Below the pieces are notes generated by a model. The model did not search any database and had not been told where the DNA came from. It saw only the letters and a program-made list of their open reading frames with translations. From a virus, in the IMG/VR virus record IMGVR_UViG_3300046779_002349, positions 1 through 64,000 of that record: a DNA stretch of 64,000 bases; one strand, written 5' to 3'. The translations under genes and the position numbers were made by a program. Below are positions 39,238 to 46,719 of this stretch, piece after piece. Within the stretch, counting starts at the first letter, position 1; each line of letters begins with the position of its first letter.

Positions 39238-39717
39238 TTACCAACTAGCCAAATAAAACAGTCTCCTCTTACTAAAATCAAAAGATTTTAGTAAGTTAGA
39301 AATTATTTTATAAGCAGAATCTATTTGTGCTGTGTAGTATTCGTCTTTGTCCGTAGATCCGAAAAAGAATCCTGATATAGGTTCAAGGGATTCAATTTCT
39401 TCCCCCCTTTTTACTAAAATAAGATCATTTAATAGTTGCCTTAAATGTTCAATATTTACTTCGTAACGGGAACAGTCGTCTACACCATTTTGAACATTTG
39501 TAACGAACCAATTATGTAGTCCATTAAATTTTCTCCAATAGGCTTCCTCTGTAAATATAGAGTAATAACCGTCTAGACCTGGATACGTATATAACGGAAA
39601 GAATTCCTCTAATTCCTGATTATTTGGATTTAAATTACCGGCTTCTCCAATGGCCTCTAACTCTTCTATTGTGTGGTCCGTTCTGTTTGCGGACTCTAGG
39701 TACATGTCTAATCCCAT
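39238..39717 (-). CDS. Conserved phage protein of the MGLDMY...YWRK...FFG...SW type
   Basis: Recognisable motif set; function unknown. Confidence 0.7.
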   Translation of the reverse strand: MGLDMYLESANRTDHTIEELEAIGEAGNLNPNNQELEEFFPLYTYPGLDGYYSIFTEEAYWRKFNGLHNWFVTNVQNGVDDCSRYEVNIEHLRQLLNDLILVKRGEEIESLEPISGFFFGSTDKDEYYTAQIDSAYKIISNLLKSFDFSKRRLFYLASW

Positions 39718-39718
39718 A

Positions 39719-39985
39719 TTATTGTTTGTTGAAGTATTTGTTCTCGATATATTGTACTTTCATTATTGCTGTAGCCATGTCGATATTAGAACATGTTACT
39801 TTCTGCTGATTCACTTTCAGTAATATAACACACCCAAATTCTTCTATAATAAACTCTCTTTTACTTGATCTAATTCTATACTGCCCTACATACGTATCTG
39901 TTTCTCCTAACTGCTCGTTTAACGCATTTAATTTAGAGACAAGTATATCATGATTAAAGTCATCTTCTTCGTAGTAGTCCTCCAT
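39719..39985 (-). CDS. Hypothetical protein
   Basis: 88 aa ORF. Confidence 0.55.
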   Translation of the reverse strand: MEDYYEEDDFNHDILVSKLNALNEQLGETDTYVGQYRIRSSKREFIIEEFGCVILLKVNQQKVTCSNIDMATAIMKVQYIENKYFNKQ

Positions 39986-39986
39986 A

Positions 39987-40433
39987 TTACCAAGTCATTG
40001 GGTTTAGGTTGCTTTCTTCCTCTTTTAAAGCGTATTTATCCACAGAACCTGAAATAAAGTTCTGCATAACCAATACTGCTGGCTCTACCAACTCTGAGGT
40101 GAGAATTGTGTTTACTCGACTAACTGTATTGACAGGATTCGCACCAGTTGCTTGATGGATTACTGTCGTATTACTAAAATTGAGAATCTCAGTTTCTGGA
40201 GACTCAATTTTTAAACTATAACTAACCCGAATACTATCGTTCGGTATTGGGGTCGACTGGTTTATTGAATCGATTAACCAGTTTGGATTTTGATCCTTGC
40301 TGGACAAGGATAACATCGCTTCCGCCAGTTGGGTCTGGAGGTGCTGTATTAATTCCTGGAGACTCTGAACTTTGCTGTTCGGAGTCTCGGTTTCTGAACT
40401 TTGTTTTTCTGTATTCTCTTTCGGCTTGCTCAT
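39987..40433 (-). CDS. Hypothetical protein
   Basis: 148 aa ORF. Confidence 0.55.
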   Translation of the reverse strand: MSKPKENTEKQSSETETPNSKVQSLQELIQHLQTQLAEAMLSLSSKDQNPNWLIDSINQSTPIPNDSIRVSYSLKIESPETEILNFSNTTVIHQATGANPVNTVSRVNTILTSELVEPAVLVMQNFISGSVDKYALKEEESNLNPMTW

Positions 40434-40593
40434 TTTCGTCTAAGGATTCGATAATAGCAGATTCCAAGTCCATTTCTTTTTCCTTGCGGATAGCCTTCAA
40501 ACAATCTATACTCTGAATGTTTTTCAAGCTGATTCTCGCACGAAAGCACAAATGGTTAAAATCTTTATTAAATAATCCCGCTGCTCTACTCAT

Positions 40594-42474
40594 ATGCCTC
40601 AAGTTGACTTTTATAAGCTTATCACAAAAGACAGTGATTTTAAAGACAAGATTAATAAAATCTTGAAATTGATTCACCTTGAGGATGTTAAGTATAACAG
40701 AGGATCAGGTTCCGCACTGAAGCGGAGAGACATGTATATGCACGATCTTTTGAAATTGTGCAACTACAATTTAGGAATTTTAATTCCTATGTTTTTTCCT
40801 AAATATATCAAAGGTAAGCCATTGGACCCTCGAAGGAGACCATTTAGCTTTCTTATGACTGATATCTTTAGTCACGGATTTACGGCTATTAGAGGTAGTC
40901 GTCAGATCGCCAAGTCCACTACTTTTGTAGCTAGGCAACTGATTAAATCCATTTTGTTCAATAACTTTAAAAGCATGTATGTATGTCCTCACGGTGAGCA
41001 TAAGAAAACCTACGCCAACCGTTTTGCTGAGATGGAACTTGCTTGTCCTATTGTTCAAGGGTTACTTAAACAAAACAGTAATTTAAGAAACAATCTATTT
41101 TATAAGCAGTACTCTAATGGTTCTGAAACCAATATTGTTAACTGCTTGGAAAACGTAAGTCAGGCTCGTTCAAAGACTACTGACGAGCTGCTTTATGACG
41201 AGTATCAGCTTTTTGACATTGACCTAGAGGCTGATATTTTCCAATGTCAGTCTGCCAGTGATACTCCTATGACAGTTTATGCAGGTACTAGTACAACTAT
41301 TGATTCTCCACTCGAGTTTCGTTATCAACAAGGAAGTCAGGCTCAATGGTTAGTAAAGTCTATGGACGGAAAGCAGTGGTTAGACTTCTCTGATGCCGAT
41401 ACGCTTATTAGCTGCATTAAACCTCAAGGATTGATTTGTCCATACACCAGTAAACCATTGGATGTAAACGACGGAGAGTTGGTTCATAAATTTGATTCTA
41501 GGCGAGAACTCGGTATGGTGTCCATGCATGTTCCCCAGTTAATTATTTACGATAAAGTTCGTGATGCTTTGGAGTGGGAAAAGATCTATAAAGCATTTCT
41601 GGAAGATAGAGATGATAAGAAGCATAAGTTTCTAGAAGAGGTCGGGGGAATTCCTTCAGAAGAAGGCTCTCGAGAAATTACGGAACAAGATCTAAGAGAT
41701 ATTTGCGTTTTGGGTAGTAGTGCTGAACTTTACGAAAAGGCCCAAACTGGTTATTACTCCAAACTAGTGAGTGCCTGCGACTGGGGTGGTTCTGACGATG
41801 TTCCTAACTACAAAAATAGAAAATCTTTCACTGTGCACAGTATTCTTGGTGTAGCCCCTGACGGAGGTATAGACATTATTTATATACGTCAGTACGATGG
41901 TATGGACTTCCCAACTATTTCTAAGCACATCATTAAGACTCATAAATCTTATGGGTGTATGGCTATGGCTGCTGACTATGGTGTGGGTATGGCTTACAAC
42001 TACCTTATGAAAGAAAACATGAACTCAAATAATTTCTTTATGTTCTCTCTGGTGGGTAGTGGAAAAACAATAAAAATTCTGGATAAGGGAGCTCCAAATC
42101 ACTTCGCTCTAAATAAGACTGAGTCCCTAAGCCAGTTGTTTATTGATATCAAAAATGGACCTCCTAAGATTAGGTGTTATGATTGGGCTGAGTCTGGCCC
42201 TAGATTACAAGAATTTTTAAATCTGTACCGTGTGTTCAATGAAGGAAGCTCTATGAATAGTTTCCATTATCATAAACTAGCGTCGAAACCAGACGACTCT
42301 TTAATGAGTGTTAATTTTGGTTACACTTTGCTTCGTATCATCTTGGGCGAGTCGATTGTATCTAATCAAGTTGATGTCGATCTACATCAAGCGGAAGTCC
42401 TTCATAGAACAGGACTCAACAAAGACTTTGATGATTTCTCAGCTGGAGTATTTTCATCTATTGTTTCTGGGTAG
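40594..42474 (+). CDS. Terminase large subunit
   Basis: RGSRQIAKST (Walker A), LLYDEYQ (Walker B), AGTS, SACDWGG, ADYGVG, KPDD nuclease residues. Confidence 0.85.
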   Translation: MPQVDFYKLITKDSDFKDKINKILKLIHLEDVKYNRGSGSALKRRDMYMHDLLKLCNYNLGILIPMFFPKYIKGKPLDPRRRPFSFLMTDIFSHGFTAIRGSRQIAKSTTFVARQLIKSILFNNFKSMYVCPHGEHKKTYANRFAEMELACPIVQGLLKQNSNLRNNLFYKQYSNGSETNIVNCLENVSQARSKTTDELLYDEYQLFDIDLEADIFQCQSASDTPMTVYAGTSTTIDSPLEFRYQQGSQAQWLVKSMDGKQWLDFSDADTLISCIKPQGLICPYTSKPLDVNDGELVHKFDSRRELGMVSMHVPQLIIYDKVRDALEWEKIYKAFLEDRDDKKHKFLEEVGGIPSEEGSREITEQDLRDICVLGSSAELYEKAQTGYYSKLVSACDWGGSDDVPNYKNRKSFTVHSILGVAPDGGIDIIYIRQYDGMDFPTISKHIIKTHKSYGCMAMAADYGVGMAYNYLMKENMNSNNFFMFSLVGSGKTIKILDKGAPNHFALNKTESLSQLFIDIKNGPPKIRCYDWAESGPRLQEFLNLYRVFNEGSSMNSFHYHKLASKPDDSLMSVNFGYTLLRIILGESIVSNQVDVDLHQAEVLHRTGLNKDFDDFSAGVFSSIVSG

Positions 42475-42482
42475 TAGATAAT

Positions 42483-42524
42483 AAAAAAGGTGACACCCCC
42501 GCAGCGTGAATAGCTACGGGGGTG
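42483..42524 (-). terminator. Terminator closing the RNA island, convergent with the terminase gene
   Basis: CACCCCCG...CGGGGGTG stem with a T-run on the minus strand. Confidence 0.6.
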
Positions 42525-42579
42525 ATTGCTTTTAATTGACTGCGTTGATAATTGATTGTGCAGTTGTTTGTTTGGTAAG

Positions 42580-42702
42580 TGGTATCCCGCCCCAAGACAA
42601 CCCGAAAAGGTTCGAGTCATACGATCTTGGGCTATCCAGATATTAAGCCGCCCGAATCAATCGGACCAAAGCCATCTGGTCGGTGCGTAGTCACGCGGGA
42701 TA
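42580..42702 (-). ncRNA. tRNA-like structured RNA (~122 nt) ending in ACCA
   Basis: Acceptor-like ATCCCGC/GCGGGAT plus ACCA; GCCCAAGA/TCTTGGGC and GACCA/TGGTC helices; no canonical cloverleaf. Confidence 0.55.
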
Positions 42703-42889
42703 TTTGGTAGGGGGAGATTGTTAATAGGTACGAAACTTATTGTTCGTACCAGAAGAGAAATGGGATTATTGTTGGGGCGTACAGAACATTATCTGCGCGA
42801 ATAGCGAACCCAGTAAAATAATTTTTAATGGCTTTTTTGCTGAACAGTAGTTTGTAGCGTATGGTTGTGTTTTTCATGGTAGGGAAAAT

Positions 42890-42974
42890 TGGTGGCCTGG
42901 GCACCTCGGCATTATTGTAGTCAAGCGTCCGCATTGTGGGATAGTTCGCTAATTATTCTACTCATCCGCAGACC
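42890..42974 (-). ncRNA. Putative tRNA-like RNA (85 nt) ending in ACCA
   Basis: GGTCTG/CAGGCC terminal stem plus ACCA; arms non-canonical. Confidence 0.35.
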
Positions 42975-42984
42975 GTTTTAAATA

Positions 42985-43208
42985 GGTGAAGCAGGTGGGG
43001 CGTAACTCCCACTGGACTGCACTATTGTGCATCGACATTTTATGAACGTTGAACTGGATTACCCAGTGGCTCTGTCTTATCCCCAATACACTGGGTTTTC
43101 TATTCGGTCAGAGTCCAGTCTTACGTCTTAGCATCTCGGTGTATCTCCGCTAAGACTTGTCAACCAGTCTCATCTTCCTGCGTGTCTACTTTCCACGCCG
43201 CTGCTTCA
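42985..43208 (-). ncRNA. tRNA-like structured RNA (~224 nt) with a large central insertion
   Basis: TGAAGCAG/CTGCTTCA terminal stem plus CC; D-like arm GCGTG-GAAAGTAGA-CACGC; T-like arm GTGGG/CCCAC; several 7-8 bp internal helices. Confidence 0.6.
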
Positions 43209-43537
43209 TTTGTTGTGTATTACCACATTCCAACCCCCTCAATAGACTCTCACTTAAAAGTGAGGATTTTCTTTCTTTACGGCAGCCTCATTGCGGAGGC
43301 TGGAATGTGGTGACATACGATAAAGCTGGTATGTCAGCAGCTGCACATGTGCTTTTCCTACTTATTGTCCAGGTTCTTCACTTTGCTTATGGTTGAGCTT
43401 CAGACTCTAGCCTCAACGGACACCCTAAACATACGTCTTAGTGACGAAATGGCCTCAATGCAATAAGTAAAAACTTTTATCGGTTTTCTCTGATTTTCAT
43501 ATTATTTGTACTTCATATTATTTGTTGTTGGGGAAAT

Positions 43538-43613
43538 TGGTACTCCGACTGGGGCTCGAACCCAGGACCAAGGCGTTATGAGCACCCTGCTCTAACCGCT
43601 GAGCTATCGGAGT
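43538..43613 (-). tRNA. tRNA with CAU anticodon (probably Ile2; elongator Met not excluded)
   Basis: ACTCCGA TAGCTCAGCGGTTAGAGCA GGGTG CTCATAA CGCCT TGGTC CTGGGTTCGAGCCCCAG TCGGAGT ACCA. Confidence 0.92.
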
Positions 43614-43617
43614 ATAG

Positions 43618-43694
43618 TGGCGTGCTCATCAGGACTTGAACCTGAAACCCACAGCTTAGAAGGCTGTTGCTCTATCCAATTGAGCTATGAGCAC
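43618..43694 (-). tRNA. tRNA-Arg(UCU)
   Basis: GTGCTCA TAGCTCAATTGGATAGAGCA ACAGC CTTCTAA GCTGT GGGTT TCAGGTTCAAGTCCTGA TGAGCAC GCCA. Confidence 0.95.
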
Positions 43695-43702
43695 GTATTT
43701 TT

Positions 43703-44298
43703 CAGAATAGTTTTATTTTGTTATTCATACAATATTACTTGCTGAACTATTCTTATCAGATGGGATAACATTACAATTTAAAAGATTGTTGTTATTGTTT
43801 GCTGAACCCATCTTATCAGATTTCTTGTTATGAACCCAAATCATAGTTTTGTGCTTGCTGAAGAAATCTTATACTAATTTTTAAAACCTGCAATAAATAT
43901 TTTCAGAATAGTTTTATTTTGTTATCCATACAATATTACTTGCTGAACTATTCTTATCAGATTTCTTACCATGAATACCAATTTTCATATTTTTGTGGTT
44001 GCTGAAGAAATCTTATACTCAAATTTTAAATTTGCAACAAATATTTTCAGAATAGTTTTTTTTTGTTTTGCAGACAATATTATTTGCTGAACTATTCTTA
44101 TCAGATCTCGTAACCATGCCTTATGAACTTGATTTGCTGGAGAGATCTTATTTTTTTTTAAATTGGGCAGGATAGTTAGTTAGGGAGTGGCATTAAGCCA
44201 CTATTATTCATATTATTTTTACTTGCTGAACTATCCTTTTCAGATGGGGTAACATTACAATTTAAAAGATTGTTGTTATTGTTTGCTGAACCCATCTT
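43703..44298 (-). repeat. Array of nine hairpin units, A-AG(N5-7)-...CAGCAA-variable loop-(N')CT-G; candidate small-RNA array
   Basis: Units at 43703-43754, 43757-43814, 43817-43870, 43904-43955, 43958-44014, 44048-44099, 44102-44149, 44168-44238 and 44241-44298; five different, fully complementary stem variants. Confidence 0.85.
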
Positions 44299-44302
44299 AT
44301 AT

Positions 44303-44332
44303 GCTAGTGGGGGCTCCCACACCCCCACTAGC
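44303..44332. other. GC-rich 11-bp hairpin between the TROVE-like gene and the array, no U-tract
   Basis: GCTAGTGGGGG-8 nt-CCCCCACTAGC. Confidence 0.6.
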
Positions 44333-44342
44333 TCCCATTAAC

Positions 44343-45989
44343 CTACACTTCCATGTCACGAATGATTGGTTGATCCAAGCAGTTTGAGGCTGCTACAACC
44401 GCATCATCCGCAGAATTTATAAACTTGATTACAGCAGGTGAAAACCCGCCAAAGTAATAGACGTTACGTGTAGGCCCGTACGTCTCAAACTTTTTAGTTT
44501 GATTTGCTGGGCTTGCTACGTCCCAGAAAACAAACTTGAATTCATCAACGAATTCCTCAGAAAAGAAAGCTTTTAGCTTAGCCTTTGCTGCGTCGAAGTT
44601 GGTATTATTAATGCCAACCCTATTGAACTCACCGTCCGAAATGCAGATAATGCCTTTTGGAAAGTGGGATTCAGGAACTCCTTGATTTTTAAGATTGATG
44701 AAAAGATCAATCACCTTTTGAAAATCTGTGCTGGTGTAGCATCTCGTGCGGTCGTTGAGGTATTTCTCAACAACATTTGCGCCTTGCCACTCATGCAGAA
44801 TAGCAGAATCATGAAACTCAATCCAGCTATTCTGAAATGTACCGGTAAGGAATTCAGAGAATAGTAGCGCGAGCGACTTAGCTACGTGATTTGCTGTGAC
44901 GGTCAAGCCGGTAGCCATACAGCCCATAGAGCTGGAGGTGTCACGAACTACTATCCAAGGAAATGGATTTTCTTCGCACTTACTTTTAAGTTCCTCGAAC
45001 TGCGCGATAATCAAATCGCGAATTTCAGGATTAGGATGTCTACCTCCTTGTAGTGGGGACAACACGTCAAAAACAAAATCGGTAGTCTTCACAGACTGGC
45101 CTGACTTTACTTTTGATGAAATGAACTCGGAGAACTTACTGCTCAAACCTGTACCCTTCAGGAATGTTTTCGATTTCACCAGTATGCTCAACGCTTTACC
45201 GTGGATCTTGTCGAAATCAATTTCCTGAAACTTGCCTTGCGAGATAAGCTGTTGCCATTGGTGTGCCTTACCAGAAGCTTTGAGTTGCCGATACTGTTTA
45301 TAGGTTTTTCCTGTTGGATCCTCCTTTACTCCAAATAAGGCAGAGCAAATGTACTTGGCAATCAGATTTTTAGCCTGAGCCTCAACAGTAGTGCACTTGC
45401 TCTTGGCTTTAATGGATGGAAGGTATTTGCGAATCAGGTGGGTTTGCTTGTCATCCTGCAATCCATCCAGAATTGTAGAAATGATAAACTGCCAATTAAG
45501 CACTCGCCCATCCCAGCCATTGTAGCTGAGGTCTGTAACCAACATTGTAAAAACATCCTTCCAAGAACCCAGGGCAATGAATGCTTTCAAGTTTTTGTTG
45601 AACGTCTCTGGATGGTTTACTGCCAACCAGATCATACGAAGAATAGATTCGTTCTTCAGGCCTTCACCATTTACCATGCCTACAGCTTCACCTTCGTGTA
45701 CTGTATTGCGTTGAACAGCTCGGAGGTATCCCGTGAACTGTACAGCTTGTGTAGCATTGTGTGCCCACAGGATTGACATGTCAGTAGCAACGTCTTTAAA
45801 CTTTCTTGGTGCAATATAACTACCGCACGATTTGAGCTGATCGACTAATGGGTCGCCAGAAGTGTTAAACTTCTTAGCTCCGTTCTGAGATCGAACTTGA
45901 GCTCCCATTTTTTTACCTTGGGTGATAAATGCATTACCCACTACTTGTGCGGCTTGTACAGGTGCCGCTGCCTTTTTTACGTCGAACAT
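44343..45989 (-). CDS. DUF2828-type TROVE/Ro60-like protein with a C-terminal vWA (MIDAS) domain
   Basis: NGAKKFNTSGDPLVD, GSWKDV, KYLPS, IDFDKI; vWA motifs VVRDTSSSM (DxSxS), STDFQKVIDL, ICISDGEFN, VFWDV, GFSP. Confidence 0.8.
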   Translation of the reverse strand: MFDVKKAAAPVQAAQVVGNAFITQGKKMGAQVRSQNGAKKFNTSGDPLVDQLKSCGSYIAPRKFKDVATDMSILWAHNATQAVQFTGYLRAVQRNTVHEGEAVGMVNGEGLKNESILRMIWLAVNHPETFNKNLKAFIALGSWKDVFTMLVTDLSYNGWDGRVLNWQFIISTILDGLQDDKQTHLIRKYLPSIKAKSKCTTVEAQAKNLIAKYICSALFGVKEDPTGKTYKQYRQLKASGKAHQWQQLISQGKFQEIDFDKIHGKALSILVKSKTFLKGTGLSSKFSEFISSKVKSGQSVKTTDFVFDVLSPLQGGRHPNPEIRDLIIAQFEELKSKCEENPFPWIVVRDTSSSMGCMATGLTVTANHVAKSLALLFSEFLTGTFQNSWIEFHDSAILHEWQGANVVEKYLNDRTRCYTSTDFQKVIDLFINLKNQGVPESHFPKGIICISDGEFNRVGINNTNFDAAKAKLKAFFSEEFVDEFKFVFWDVASPANQTKKFETYGPTRNVYYFGGFSPAVIKFINSADDAVVAASNCLDQPIIRDMEV

Positions 45990-46104
45990 AAAAGAAATGC
46001 GTTAGGGTTAGTTAATACTAACGCAAATCTATATAACACAAAAATGGCTATTTTTGCCACGCCAAGCTTTTGTAACTATATAACGCAAAAATCTTTATTT
46101 TTGC

Positions 46105-46719
46105 TTATATTGTGATCTCGTACTGTTTAACGAATTCCAGCATATTTTCATGCAAACCTAATGACCTAAGCTCGTTTATAATTTTTGCTCTATGCTCTTC
46201 TACAATATCATTGAGAGTTTCTCTAGGTTCGATTATATCGTCGTCCTCTGCCAGGTCCCTAATAGAACTAAGAATTAATTTTTGTACCGACTTTGTGAAG
46301 TCCTGCTTTTCAATAACCAATTCCACTTCCATTCTAGAAATTAGAATCTCTTCAATATTGGGCTCCTCCATAATACCATTTACTAGCTCAGCAAGGTCGC
46401 CTGAGTGGATCGCAAGGCAAATGGATGAGAACGCAATTGGATCTTCAAAGAACAGATCAGTAGTAAAGGCCGTTAGGAGCGCGTTTAAGCGGTTTTCGTT
46501 CTGTTCTGGCAATGTAACCCTAAAAAAGTCTTCAAGCTCTGTAAACAGCTCTACAGGATCCATATGATCCACATAACCAGTATCCTCGTTAGTAAAAAGA
46601 AGATTTTCTTCTCCGACGGTCTTGATTGCTATAATAAACAAAGCAATAGCTGTCGCATCCGGATCTCTCAGGATTTCGGCAGCTTTTTCTCTATTAATTG
46701 TCCAATTTTGGTTATACAC
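46105..46719 (-). CDS. Hypothetical acidic protein
   Basis: 204 aa ORF coupled to the upstream gene. Confidence 0.6.
   Translation of the reverse strand: MYNQNWTINREKAAEILRDPDATAIALFIIAIKTVGEENLLFTNEDTGYVDHMDPVELFTELEDFFRVTLPEQNENRLNALLTAFTTDLFFEDPIAFSSICLAIHSGDLAELVNGIMEEPNIEEILISRMEVELVIEKQDFTKSVQKLILSSIRDLAEDDDIIEPRETLNDIVEEHRAKIINELRSLGLHENMLEFVKQYEITI

Noticed and set aside
42985-43208. tmRNA or intron-containing tRNA
   Set aside because: Too short for tmRNA, with no Ala acceptor identity (GGGG start, G3-U70) or clear tag ORF; no group I P/Q/R/S elements.
42737-43396. ORFs 42737-42934 and 43157-43396
   Set aside because: Short, no recognisable motifs, and they overlap structured RNA elements.
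43430-43460. Hammerhead ribozyme (CGTC-TTAGT-GACGAAA)
   Set aside because: The required upstream CTGANGA core is absent.
43703-44298. CRISPR array interpretation of the repeats
   Set aside because: There is no constant 25-45 nt direct repeat. The fixed part is only 6-8 nt, the flanks covary as self-complementary stems, several variable segments are duplicated, and no cas1/cas2/cas6 is adjacent.
43703-44298. Tandem intrinsic terminators or box C/D (TIGR-like) array
   Set aside because: Stems are AU-rich with 30-50 nt loops and no consistent U-tract. CTGA is present but there is no box C, no fixed-length spacers and no Nop-domain gene.
44303-44332. Terminator for the TROVE-like gene
   Set aside because: Strong stem but no U-tract on either side; kept only as a hairpin, compatible with read-through into the array.
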